DNA of 32,750 bases from positions 10,274,009 to 10,306,758 of the forward strand of contig NC_057718.1 in the NCBI RefSeq assembly GCF_004010195.1. The letters are read 5' to 3'. Positions 1 to 11,249 of the stretch are shown piece after piece. Source of the DNA: Chiloscyllium plagiosum. Its lineage: Eukaryota. Numbering within the stretch: position 1 is the first letter of the stretch; each line of letters starts with the position of its first letter. The notes beneath the pieces were generated by a model. It ran no database searches. It saw only the letters and a list, made by a program, of their open reading frames with translations, and was not told the origin of the DNA. The position numbers and the translations under genes are program-made.

Positions 1-193
1 GTACAGAACCAAATTATATAGAGTCCATAGAATCCATACGGTGTGGAAACAGGCTATTTAGCCCAACAAGTCCACGCGGACCCTCCAAAGAGTAACCCAC
101 CCATACCCATTACTCTATATTTATCCCTGACTAATGCACCTAGCCTACATATCCTTGAATATTCTGGGTAATTTAGCATGGCCAATTCACCTC

Positions 194-362
194 GAGGAGA
201 AAGTGAGGTCTGCAGATGCTGGAGATCAAAGTTGAAACTTCATTGCTGGAACAGCACAGCAGGTCAGGAATTCCTGAAGAAGGGCCTGTGCCCGAAACGT
301 CGAATCTCCTGTTTCCTGGATGCTGCCTGACCTGCTGTGCTGTTCCAGCAATAAAGTTTCAA
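194..362. mobile_element. PLE pLTR-derived inverted-repeat element with one hammerhead motif
   Basis: Arms gttgaaact..ttgctggaacagcacagcaggtcagg / cctgacctgctgtgctgttccagcaa..agtttcaac. 11-bp TSD caattcacctc at 183-193 and 363-373. Confidence 0.85.
274..301 (+). ncRNA. Minimal type I hammerhead ribozyme motif (intact core)
   Basis: CUGAAGA-A-GGGC(CUGU)GCCC-GAAA-CG-UC. Stem I attc/gaat. Palindromic ACGU stem III. Confidence 0.8.
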
Positions 363-1344
363 CAATTCACCTCACCTACCTATCTTTGGACTGTGGGGGG
401 GGAAACAGGAACACCCAGTGGAAACCCACGCAGACACGGAGAGGGTGTGCAAACTCCACACAGACAGTCGCCTGAAGCTGGATTCAAACCCAGGTCCCTG
501 GTGCTACGAGGCAGCAGTGCTAACCACTGAGTGACTATATATATATGCACAGATGTTTTTCAGGAATAAAGTATATTTTTGAATTTATGGAGAGGGACAG
601 TGTGTCCTCCTGATTAAACATCTCCAAGGAGATGTCTAACAAGCACAGGTCATGGTGAGGACACAGACCCCTCAGAAAGAGGACACTATGTCACAGGTCT
701 GACACAGCATCGAGGGGATAATTGGATAATTTCTTGTTGTGTCAGGTGCCTGCTCTCTCCCTCTCCACAGCCAAGTTAGCATCTTCATGCTATCCTACTA
801 TGACCAGAATTGTCTCTTTCAGGGAAGTGAGAGGATACAGCTGATGGACACCAGTCTAATTCCAGTCTGTACTGGGAATGACTTCCCATCATGGCTTCAT
901 GAGTGTTCTACTTAATCAGAGAAGCAATCGTGTTCCTGTAAAGTTTTAAACCGTCCTCCAGGCTCTCATACCGTAACATCAAAAAGAAAAATGTCTTACA
1001 AGATGCAGGCTGGTCAGTTAAGGTGCCTTATATCTAAGAACAACTATTCTGCTCTCTGGAGATATCAGAACCAATCCCTATTAAAGTGTCACATGTTTGT
1101 CTGCGTTAAGTGTTTCACCATCACAATCAAGGATGATGCAAACCTTAGATAATTGACTGTCCACCCAGCAGGATTGGCAGAGATGTGTAATAGGATTTGC
1201 CTTTACCTTGGCAGAATTCAAATGGTGTAGCTTGGCTGAGAGTTTTTTTGGAATTTATTTAGGCAAGGGCAAGTGTAAATAATATGAATAAATGGTGTAC
1301 CTGCCATAACACAGTGGATAGTACTGTCACCACTAGGCAGACGT

Positions 1345-1850
1345 CACCCACCACCAGGTTATAGTCCAACCAGTTTCATATCATAGAATCTCCACAGTGT
1401 GGAAACAGACCATTTGACCCAACAAGTCCACACTAATCTTCTGAACAGCATCCCACCCAGACCCATCCCACTACCCTATCCATGTAACTCTGCATTTCCC
1501 ATGGCTACACATTCCTGGAAACTACGGGCAATTTAGCATGGCCAATGCACTCTAACCTGCACATTGTTGGATTGTGGGAGGAAACCAGACCACCCGGAAG
1601 AAACCCACGCAGACACGGGGAGAACATGCAAACTCCACACAGACACCCCAAGGGTGGAGTTGAACCCGGGTCCCTGGCGCCGTGAGGCAGCAGTGCGAAC
1701 CACTGAGCCACTGTGCCGCTCAAAGCCACCTGATGAAGGAGCAGTGGTCCAAAAGGTTGTGATTTCAAATAAATCCATTGGACTATAACCTGTTATTGTG
1801 TGACTTCTGACTTTGTCCACCACAGTCCAACACCAGCACCTCTGCATCAC
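1345..1850. mobile_element. Degenerate PLE palindrome (second family), split by a V-SINE
   Basis: caccaggttatagtccaa (~1351-1368) is inverted relative to ttggactataacctg (~1778-1792). Decayed HHR cctgatgaaggagcagtggtccaaaa near 1729-1754. Same family as 21162-21395. Confidence 0.7.
1377..1719 (-). mobile_element. HE1-type V-SINE, near full length
   Basis: gcggcacagtggctcagtggtt head, B-box gggttcaactcc, V-domain and CR1-type tail on the minus strand. Confidence 0.92.
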
Positions 1851-1894
1851 CACTGAATCTAAATCTGTACTTTCATTATCCTGGATATTGAAAT

Positions 1895-2217
1895 TAAGGC
1901 TGACATCATCAGAACTGTACTGAAGAGGTGCTACGCTGTCAGAAATGACACCTTTCAGGTGAGACTTTGAATTGAGGACTTGACTGCCCTCTCAAATAGA
2001 AATAACAGATCCCATAGCACTACTTTAAAGAAGTTAAGGTAATTTATTCTGGTTTCCTGGCCAATATTCGTCCCTTGATCAAAATTATTTCAGCATTATC
2101 ACTTACTGCATGCAGGAGATATCAATATTCAATCTGGCCAGGGCATTTCCTGCATTACGCTAACGACTGTAAAGAATCTTATCGTATGATTGTGACAGGT
2201 GCTGTATAAATGCAGTT
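1895..2217 (+). mobile_element. Old DeuSINE (SacSINE1/AmnSINE1-like) remnant
   Basis: Deu-domain-like text gtactgaagaggtgct..gtcagaaatgacacctttcaggtgagac..agatcccatagcact..cctggccaatatt and tail ggtgctgtataaatgca. Confidence 0.7.
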
Positions 2218-3310
2218 TTACGGAGTTTTTTTTAACCTTTTGACATACTTTTAGTTTGGCGTTAAGTTTGATATAACTAGCAAACATTATAAAATTGAAA
2301 AGGATTGATCTGAAAACACTGAGTCCTCCAAGGAGTCTAACCTGAGAAGTAAACCTACCTTTTCCACTTCTACAGATTGACAGATCTTTGTATTTTTAAT
2401 ATTGCTTACTTTGTTCCTCCTCTTTATTTTCCTTGCTCCTGACATTTTAAATCTGGTTTTAAAAAAACCTGCTTCAGTGCAGAATTGAAAACGGCACTGA
2501 CCTAAAATTAAAATGTGTCTGGTATGTTTGGATGCTGGTGAGCAGGCATTTTACTGTGTGCAAGGAGCTGATCTCAATCTGCCTGGCCAGAGTACAATGG
2601 GGAGCCAGCAGTTTAACTTGAGTCTGCAAATGCTTAATTGCTCCTTCCTTACTCTATATCCTTTGATGCCAAATCATGATTTAAAAAATTATGAATCACA
2701 ATCTTAATGTGACCCCCAGCATCATTTGGTCAAGACAATTCCTGCATTCTAACAGCCTTTGAATGAAGAAGTATTTTGTGGTGATCTGAACTTCATTTAC
2801 ATTCTTTCCTTTCATTTACACACCAAGTGGGTAATGGCTTCACTCTATTTACCTGAGTAAAACCTTTAGTAATTGAAGCACCTCAATTAGATCATGCATT
2901 ACTCCTCTGGATTAAAGGGAGTGCAAATCAGGTTTATGTAAATCACCCTCAAAATAACCTTTGAAATCCCCTTAGCATCGAACTAGTGAAGATGCATTGG
3001 AACCACATTGCACTGAGAGAAGTCTTTTCTCCTGAAGATCGGTATCTAACAGAATTACTTCTGCTTTACACGACACCCTGCCTTAGAACAAGCTGTCAGA
3101 AGAAAATCTCACAGTATGCTGTCATCCTGAAATGGCGGAGAAAGATATTAAACCACCAATTCCCCAAGGCTTTACGTTTTCATATTGGCAATTACTGTAG
3201 CTCACAACTGGATTAATGCCCTATGATTTAACAGTTCTTGCATTCTCATAATTGCCCATGAAGAAAACTTGAGGGTGCCTTCTTGTGGTGCATTAGACTA
3301 GTAGACCACA

Positions 3311-4110
3311 TCAGGAGCACCTGATGCAATAAACTAAGTTGGAACAGAGCAGGTGAACCTCTGTCTCACCTGGAAGGACTGTTTGGGGCTCTGGATGGAG
3401 GTGAGGGGGGGTGTACTGGCAGGTTTTGCATTTTTTCTGGTTGCAGAGGAAGGTACCTGGGGGTTCGGTGGTGGGGATGGCGTGAACTAAGGACTGGAGA
3501 AGGCAGCGGTCCTTGTGGTTGGCTGAGAGGTGTGGATGTTCTTGGTGGTGGGGTCTATTTGGAGTTGGCAGCAATGTTTGAGGATGGTGTGTTGGATGCA
3601 GAGACTGGTGGGGTGGTAGGGAAGGACGAAGGGTCTCTGTCCTTATTGCTTTGGGAGGGAGGAGGATTTAGAGTGATGGAATGGGGAATGGTGCTGGTGC
3701 AGAGGAGGGTTGTCTAGGTGACGGAGGGAGGAAAAGCGCGTTGCTCAAAATAGGTGGACATCTGGAATGTTCGTGAGTGGAATGTCTCCTCGTCTGAGCA
3801 GATGCAGCGGAGGCGCAGGAATTGGGAGAATGGGATAGAGTGTTTGCAGGATACTGGGTGGGAGGAAGTGTAGTCCAGGTAGTTATGGGAGTCTGTAGTT
3901 TTGTAGTAGATGTCTGTTAGATGTAAATGGTGAAATCGAAAAAGGGGAGGGAGGTGTCCAAAGTGAGGTAAGTTAACTTGAAGGCAGGGTGGAAGTTATG
4001 GGTGAAGTCGATGAACTGCTCCAGGTCAGCCTGGGTGCAGGACGCTGCGCCGATGCTGAAGAGTTGGTGTACAGTGCCTGTGTAGGTGCTGAAGAGGGAC
4101 TGTTCAATAT
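3311..4110 (-). mobile_element. Penelope-like element fragment (RT C-terminus plus start of GIY-YIG endonuclease), pseudogenised
   Basis: Translated PGTFLCNQKKCKTCQY and SNLVYCIRCS (PLE zinc-binding linker and GIY-YIG start). Upstream ctacaaaactacagactcccataactacctggactacacttcctcccac encodes YKxTDSHNYLDYTSSH. Confidence 0.88.
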
Positions 4111-4325
4111 AGCCCCTAAGATGTTAGAATGGCAGTTCTATGCTTTAAATCTTGCGAGAGGGAAGGGATGGCAATATCTCCAGCCAAGTGGGACTAATTC
4201 AGTTTAAGAAACCTGGTCAGCATAAGTGAGATGGGCCCATGGGCCTGTTTCCATGCTGTGTGAAGCTATCCCTCTGGGTGGAGGGGAATGTATAGGTGGT
4301 GGTGTTCCCATGTATCTGTTATGAT

Positions 4326-4651
4326 GATTAGATTAGATTCCCTACAGAATGGAAATAGGCCGCTCGGCCCAATAATCCATACCGACCCTCCGAAGAGCAA
4401 TCCACCCAGACACATTCCCCTACATTAACCCCTGACTAATGCACCTTACACTACGGGCCATTTTAGCATGGTCAATTCACCTGACTTGCACAGCTTTGGA
4501 CTGTGGGAGGAAAACGGAGCACCTGGAGGAAACCCACGCAGACACGGGGAGAATGTGCAAACTCCACATAGACAGTTGCCCGAGGGAGGAATTGAACCCA
4601 GGTCTCTGCTGCTGTGAGGCAGCAGTGCTAACCACTGAGCCACCGTGCCAC
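4326..4651 (-). mobile_element. HE1-type V-SINE, full length, present only in copy A
   Basis: ggcacggtggctcagtggttagcac head, V-domain and (aatct)n tail. Absent at the homologous site near 7625. Confidence 0.92.
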
Positions 4652-4659
4652 CCCAATAT

Positions 4660-5360
4660 AGTCATTCATCATGGAAATAGGCCCTTCAGCCCATCTAGTT
4701 TATACCTACCAGATTTCCCAAACTGAACTAGTTCCATTTGCCTGTGTTTGATCCCTCTAAACCTTTCCTATCCATGTGCCTGTCCAAGTATCTTTTAAAA
4801 GTTGTAACTGTGCCTGCATCTACCACTTCCTCTGGCAATTCATTCCATATACACATCACTGTTTATGTGTAAAAGTTGGCCATCAGGACCCTTTTATATC
4901 TTTCCCCTCTTTTCATAAACTTACGTCCTTAGTTTTGAACACTCCTGCCCTGAGGAAAAGACCTTGTCTACTCACCCTGTCCATGCCCCTCTGATTTTAT
5001 AAACCCCAATAAGGTCACCCCTCAGCCTCCACCGCTCCAGGGATAAAAGTCCCAGCTTCTCTACTTAACTCAAACCCTCCAAACCCAGTAACATTCATGT
5101 AAATATTTTCTGCATCCTTTCCAATTTAATAATATCCTTCTTATAGCACGGCAATCAGAATTAAAAAGAGTACTTCAAAAGTGGCCTCCCCTGTACAGCT
5201 GCAACAAGACATCCCAACTCCTGCACTCAATGCTCTGACCAATGAAGGCAAGTATGGCAAAAACCTTCTTAACCAGCCTGTTTACCCCTGATTACACTTT
5301 CTAGGAACTATGTATCTGCACCCCTAGATCTCTCTGTTCGGTAACACTCCTCAGGGCCTG
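4660..5360 (-). mobile_element. CR1/HER1-type LINE 3' fragment
   Basis: Degraded RT C-terminus and 3' tail ...gggctgaagggcctatttccatg. Confidence 0.85.
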
Positions 5361-5977
5361 AGCTGTGTCCTTCCAGGTAATTACAAAAGTAATTTCTATC
5401 TAACTTTTCACACTTAGGTATTCTAAAAAAGCAATGCGATTAAGCAAGGTTACATGAAAAGCTCCAAGACAGTTTTTTTTTATTTAATGTGTCTGATCAT
5501 TTACTCTTCTGTTATCACACACAAGGCCCAATTATGGACTCAATGCAGCTGCCTTCCCCTATAAATAAATATTGCACAAATTCTGTTTCAAGGGAAACAA
5601 AACTTTAAACAGCTTCCTGTCGAGTGAAACTGACAGCACTAACGTATTCCTTTTACTATTTCAGGGTGGTGACTAAATATAATGTTTATTCTAAATATAT
5701 GCCTAATGGCCAACACTTGCTCTCTGCCACATATCCTGACCATTGACCATAACTTATAGCAGCTGTCTCTGTCCTCCCGCACTCTTTGATAACACAATTA
5801 GGGGAAATGGTGGTACAATGGTAATGTCACAGCACCAGTGTGATCCAGAGGGTCACTCTCTGCCAACATGGGCTCTCATCTCACCATGCCATTGGTGAAA
5901 CTTAAATGCAATTATTACCTCTGGATTACAAAGCCACCGTCTGTGACGGTGACCACAATTGATTATCATAAGATGGA

Positions 5978-6198
5978 GCTGGAAATGTGTTGCTGGAAAA
6001 GCGCAGCAGGTCAGGCAGCATCCAGGGAACAGGAGAATCGACGTTTTGGGCATAAGCCCTTCTTCAGGAATGATTCCTGAAGAAGGGCTTATGCCCGAAA
6101 CGTCGATTCTCCTGTTCCCTGGATGCTGCCTGACCTGCTGCGCTTTTCCAGCAACACATTTCCAGCCCTGATCTCCAGCATCTGCAGACCTCACTTTC
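5978..6198. mobile_element. PLE pLTR palindrome with HHR motifs on both arms
   Basis: ~93-bp near-perfect inverted arms centred near 6072. 15-bp TSD ttatcataagatgga at 5963-5977 and 6199-6213. Empty site in copy A'. Confidence 0.92.
6077..6104 (+). ncRNA. Minimal type I hammerhead ribozyme motif (intact core)
   Basis: CUGAAGA-A-GGGC(UUAU)GCCC-GAAA-CG-UC. The mirror copy on the minus strand (6040-6067) has GAAA>AAAA. Confidence 0.8.
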
Positions 6199-6242
6199 TT
6201 ATCATAAGATGGAATCTGGTTCACTGATATCCTTTAAGGAAG

Positions 6243-6466
6243 CTGAAAAATGTGTTGCTGGAAAAGCGCACCAGGTCAGGCAGCATCCAAGGAGCAGGAG
6301 AATCGACATTTCGGGCATAAGCCCTTCTTCAGGAATAATGCCCGTTCGGGGCTTATGCCCAAAACGTCGATTCTCCTGCTCCTTGGATGCTGCCTGACCT
6401 GCTGCGCTTTTCCAGCAACACATTTTTCAGCTCTGATCTCCAGCATCTGCAGTCCTCACTTTCTCC
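6243..6466. mobile_element. PLE pLTR palindrome; HHR motif on minus strand at 6305-6332
   Basis: Inverted arms. 15-bp TSD tatccttta(a/g)ggaag at 6228-6242 and 6467-6481. Empty site in copy A'. Confidence 0.9.
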
Positions 6467-6749
6467 TATCCTTTAGGGAAGGCGATCTGCCATCCTTACC
6501 TGGTCTGGCCTACTTGTGAATCCAAACCCACAGCAATGTGGTTGACTCTTAAATGCCCTCTGTAATGGCCTGAGCGAGCTATTTAGCTTAAGGGCAATTA
6601 GAATTGGGCATCAAATATTAACCTTCCTGATCCTGCTCATATTGTCACAGCTCACTGGGATAATATGCTGCACATCACATCCCATGATTCATAGAGTCAT
6701 CACAATTGTGGGGGTTTGATTATACACAAAATTGCCCAATTTTACCTTT

Positions 6750-6880
6750 ATCTGCAGCTCCCCACACACCCACCTCTAGTCCTGAAGAAGGGTTATATCT
6801 GAAATGTCCACTTCGATTAGATTAGATTCCTTACAGTCTGGGAACAGGCCATTTGGCCCAACCAGTCCACACCGACCCTC
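6750..6880. mobile_element. PLE 3' fragment with degenerate HHR (+, ~6782-6808) followed by a V-SINE/CR1 tail (-)
   Basis: cctgaagaagggttatatctgaaatgtc, then gattagattagattcc..aacaggccatttggcccaa. Confidence 0.6.
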
Positions 6881-6881
6881 A

Positions 6882-7158
6882 ATGGTAGAGTTCACGTTTT
6901 TGCAATTTTCACTTGAAAGAGTCTTGACGAGTTGCTACAGTTCATCTTGTAGGTGGTACACTAAGTCAACGATGGACTGATTGTTTAAGGTGGTGGATGG
7001 GGTGAAGATCAGATGACTGTTTTGTTCTGGTGCTGGGCTCCATGAGTGTTGTTCATGTTGCATTCACTCAAACAAATGTCTATAACTATTTATCACTGTT
7101 CCTTCATTGTTTCTGGGACAAATATTCCAGAACTTTCTCCCTAGCAGCACAGTAGGAA
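6882..7158 (-). repeat. Inverted copy of 9556-9852
   Basis: Reverse complement matches ttcctactgtgctgctagggagaaagttctggaat...gtgaaaattgcaaaaacatgaactc, including the same internal chimeric junction. Confidence 0.88.
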
Positions 7159-9253
7159 GTCCAAGTAGTTATGGGAGTCTGTAGGTTTGGAGTAGATGTC
7201 TGTTGGATGCAAATGGTGAAATCGAGAATGAGGAGGGAGGTGTCCAAGATGAGATAAGTGAATTTGAGGGTGGGGTGGAAGTTGTGGGCGAAGTCGATGA
7301 ACTGCTCGAGTTCAGCCTGGATGCAGGACGCTGCGCCGATGCAGTCATCAGTGTCACAGCTGACGATTTGGCATACAGTGTCTGTGTAGGTGCTGAAGAG
7401 GACTGTTCAATCTCGCCCCTAAGATGTTAGAATGGCAATTCTATGCTTTTAATCTTGTGAGAGAGAAGGGATGGTAATATCTCCAGGCAAGTGGGATTAG
7501 TTCAGTTTGAGAAACCTGGTCAGTATGAATGAGATGGGCCGCAGGGCCTGTTTCCATGCTGTATGATGCTATCCCTCTGGGTGGAGGGGAACATGTAGGT
7601 TGTGGTATTCCCACGTATCTGCTATCGTAGAGTCATTCATCATGGAACCAGGCCCTTCAGCCCATCTAGTTTATACCTACTAGGTTTCCCAAACTGAACT
7701 AGTCCCATTTGCCTGTGTTTCACCCATATCCCTCTAAACCTTTCCTATCCATGTACCTGTCCAAATATCTTTTAAAAGTTGTAACTGTGCCTGCATCTAT
7801 CGCTTCCTCTGGCAATTCATTCCATACACGCACTATTATTTGTGTGTAAAAGTTGGCCATCAGGACCCTTTTATGTCTTTCCCCTCTCTTCTTAAACTTA
7901 CGTCCTTAGTTTTGAACACTCCTGCCCTGAGGAAAAGACCTTGTCTATTCACCCTGTCCATGCCTCTCTGATTTTATAAATCCTAATAAGGTCACCCATC
8001 AGCCTCCACCGCTCCAGGGATAAAGGTCCCAGCCTATCCAGCCTTTCTTTTTAACTCAAACTCTCCAAACCCAGTAACATTCTTGAAAATCTTTTCTGCA
8101 TCCTTTCCAATTTGATAATATGTGTCTTATAGCATGGAGATCAGATTTGAAAACAGTACTCCAAAAGTGGCCTCTCCTGTACAGCTGCAACAAGATTTCC
8201 CAACTCCTGTACTCACTGCTCTGACCAATGAAGGCAAGTATGCCAAAAACCTTCTTCATCGGCCTGTCTACCTCTGATGCCACTTTCTATGAACTTTGTA
8301 TCTGCACTCTTAGATCTCTCTGTTCGGTAACACTCCTCAGGGCCTGACCTGTGTCCTTCCAGTTAATTACAAAAGTAATTTCTATCTAACTCTTCACACT
8401 TAGGTATTTTAAAAAAGCAATGCAATTAAGCAAGGTTACATGAAAAGCTCGAAGACAGTCTTTTTTATTTAATGTGTCTGATCATTTACTCTTCCATTAT
8501 CACACCCAGCGCCCAATTATGGGCCCAATGCAGCTGCCTTCCCCTATAAATAAATATTGCACAAATTCTGTTTCGAGGGAAACAAAACTTTAAGCAGCTT
8601 CCTGTTGAGTGAAACTGACAGCACTAACGTATTCCTTTTACTATTTGAGGATGGTGACTAAATATAATGTTTATTCTAAATATATGCCTAATGGCCAACA
8701 CTTGCTCTCTGCCACATATCCTGACCATTGACCATAACTTATAGCAGCTGTTTCTGTCCTCCCGCACCCTTTGATAACACAATTAGGGGAAATGGTGGTA
8801 CAATGGTAATGTCACTCTCTGTGATCCAGAGGGTCACTCTCTGCCAACATGGGCTCTCATCTCACCATGCCATTGGTGAAACTTAAATGCAATTATTACC
8901 TCTGGATTACAAAGTCACCGTCTGTGACAGTGACCACAATTGATTATCATAAGATGGAATCTGGTTCACTGATATCCTTTAGGGAAGGCGATCTGCCATC
9001 CTTACCTGGTCTGGCCTACATGTGAATCCAAACCCACAGCAATGTAGTTGACTCTTAAATGCCCTCTGTAATGGCCTGAGTGAGCCATTTAGCTCAAGGG
9101 CAATTAGGGATGGGCACCAAATGTTAACCTTTCTGATCCTGCTCATATTGTCACAGCTCACTGGGATAATATGCTGCACATCACATCCCATGATTTATAG
9201 AGTCATCACAATTGTGGGGGTTTGATTATACACAAGATTGCCCACTTTTACCT
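7155..9253 (+). repeat. Tandem segmental duplication, copy A' (PLE fragment, CR1 fragment 7630-8345 on minus strand, SINE 8786-9140)
   Basis: Collinear with 3864-6747, with scattered substitutions and small indels. Confidence 0.92.
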
Positions 9254-9499
9254 AATTCTGGTGAAAATAATATGCACTTCAGGTGGTTTTTTTTCCATTA
9301 ACTCCAAAAAATAACTTCTTATTGGAATCAAACTGCTTTTAGGATTGCCAATAAAAAGACAAGTTGAATTGTTAATCTATAACTCTATAACTTACATTCT
9401 ACCCTTTTTGAAGACCTCCAAGCACGTGTTATGTGAATGGAAGTTGTTCAATTCCAGTTGCTTGTTCTCGTGGCCTCATTTATTTCCCATCCATAATTA

Positions 9500-10135
9500 C
9501 TATTGAGAAAGTGGTGGTTATCTGCCACTTTGAGCTGCTGCATGATGTGTAAATATTCCTACTGTGCTGCTAGGGAGAAAGTTCTGGAATTTTTATCCCA
9601 GCAACAGTGAACGAACAGCGATAAAGTTCCATAATAGTTGTAGACATTTGTTTGAGTGAATGCAACACGAACAACACTCATGAAGCCCAGCACAGAATAA
9701 AACAGTCCTCTGATCCTCACCCCATCCACCACCTTAAACAATCACTCCATCGTTGACAATTAGTACGACAGTGTGTACCACCTACAAGATGAACTGTAGC
9801 AACTCATCAAGACTCTTATAAGTGAAAATTGCAAAAACATGAACTCAACCATCTAGAAGGGCAAGATGTGCAGATACACATGAGCCACAAAGTTACCACC
9901 ACCAGCATGTTCCCCTCCAAGTCACTCACCATCCTGAATTGAAAATATACTGCCATTCTTCAGAGTCGCTGGGCCAAAATCCTGGAACTCCTTCCCTAAG
10001 AGTACTGAGGGAGTGCCTGCATCATGTGGCCTGTAGCACTTCAAGAAAGCAGCACCTCAAAGGCATTGAGAGATGGGCCACAAATGTTGGCCTAGTCAGC
10101 GATGCGCAGATGCTGTGAATGGATGTTTCAAAAAT
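9500..10135. mobile_element. Old non-LTR retrotransposon 3' end (L2/CR1 group), two opposed pieces
   Basis: gtgtaccacctacaagatgaactgtagc..aaaatcctggaactccttccct..agggcaattagggatgggc-like tail. Related copies at 14560-14971 and 28440-28780. Confidence 0.7.
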
Positions 10136-10797
10136 GGCACTAAACTATTTGTGAAATATCATCCCTGTTCAGACTTATTGAACCTGCAGAATACAATGCA
10201 ATCAATTCACTGAACTGACAATCATAGACTCTGACCACTCTGCAGAGGCTGTGAGTTGCAAATGCAATATGTTGAAATGAGCTGGCAAAGACGGAATGCC
10301 ATAAAGGATTTGTTCTTCTGTTCTCATATATCATTATTATGGCATTGGAATGAAAGAGCCATTATTTATTATCAGTCAGTTCCCAACAGATGTGGCCTAA
10401 CAAGGTACAGTTCTCATACATACTGTCAGACACCACAATCCAAGCCAGTTACATTGCCACAAATTGTATACAGTGACATTAGCAAAGATTCAATTATTCT
10501 GGACTGAGAGGAGGAAAGCTTTCTTCATACAAAGGGTTGTGAAACAGTAAAATTCACGACTCCTGGGAACTGTAGATATTACATTATTGATCACATCCAA
10601 GGCTGGAGTGGAGTGATTTTTGACTTCCCAACGGATCAAGGGATATGTGGATTGGACAGTCAAATGGAGAAAAAGCCAATGATTATTCATGACCTTAACG
10701 ATGGGCAAAGCAAGATGGATGGACGAATGGTCTACTTCTACTCCAGTTCTTTATCTAGTAATTAAAGACATCTAAGATTGGACTTAAAGGAACAATT

Positions 10798-11023
10798 AGG
10801 AGATAGTGAGGACTACAAATGCTGGAGAAGTCAGAGTCGATAAAGTGTGGTGTTGGAAAAAGCACAGCGGATCAGGCAGCATCTGAGGAGCAAGAGAGTC
10901 AACATTTCGGATGTAACTCTTCCCCAGTCCTGATGAAGGGTTACACCCGAAACATTGACTCTCTTGCTCCTCAGATGCTGCCTGACCTGCTGTGCTTTTT
11001 CCAGTGCCACACTTAATCGACTT
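10798..11023. mobile_element. PLE pLTR palindrome (third variant) with HHR at 10930-10956 (+)
   Basis: Inverted arms. CUGAUGA-A-GGGU(UAC)ACCC-GAAA-CA-UU, stem I agtc/gact. Approximate TSD ttaaagg(a/g)aca(a/g)tt at 10784-10797 and 11024-11037. Confidence 0.85.
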
Positions 11024-11249
11024 TTAAAGGGACAGTTGCCCAGTTTGAAAGAGGGAGGGACAGGAGCAAAGCCCTGGATAGTCAGGGATTTCTGGCAGAT
11101 TTTACACCTTTTCCTTATTCTTTCACAAGATGTAGGCACTGCTGGTGAGGTACCCATCCCTAAATGCCCTTAAGAAGGTGGCGTTGAGATGCCTTCTCGA
11201 ACCGCTGTAGTCGATATGGTATAGATAGAGACATAGATTCATACAGCTA

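Larger units (their letters stand above)
25..531 (-). mobile_element. HE1-type V-SINE (tRNA-derived), interrupted by a PLE palindrome at 194-362
   Basis: Minus strand has tRNA head (cagtggttagcactgctgcctc...gggtttgaatcc), V-domain (gtgtggagtttgcacac...cgtgtctgcgtgggtttcc) and CR1-type tail (...cctgtttccacac). Confidence 0.9.
5801..6640 (+). mobile_element. Old tRNA-derived SINE with LINE-type tail; host of two PLE palindromes
   Basis: Head ggtggtacaatggtaatgtcac, body atctggttcactgatatcctttagggaagg..ccttacctggtctggcctac, tail aagggcaattag. Uninterrupted copy at 8786-9140. Confidence 0.7.
3864..6747 (+). repeat. Tandem segmental duplication, copy A
   Basis: Collinear with 7155-9253 across PLE, CR1, unique and SINE sequence. 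Carries three extra insertions. Confidence 0.92.

Noticed and set aside
5853..6519. Recurrent short ORFs such as MCCWKSAAGQAAS and IPEEGLMPETSILL as a peptide gene family
   Set aside because: They are incidental translations of the pLTR palindromes and appear on both strands and in several frames.
10295..10346. aatgccataa/ttatggcatt hairpin as a miRNA precursor
   Set aside because: Only a 10-bp stem with a large unpaired loop, and no recognised mature sequence.
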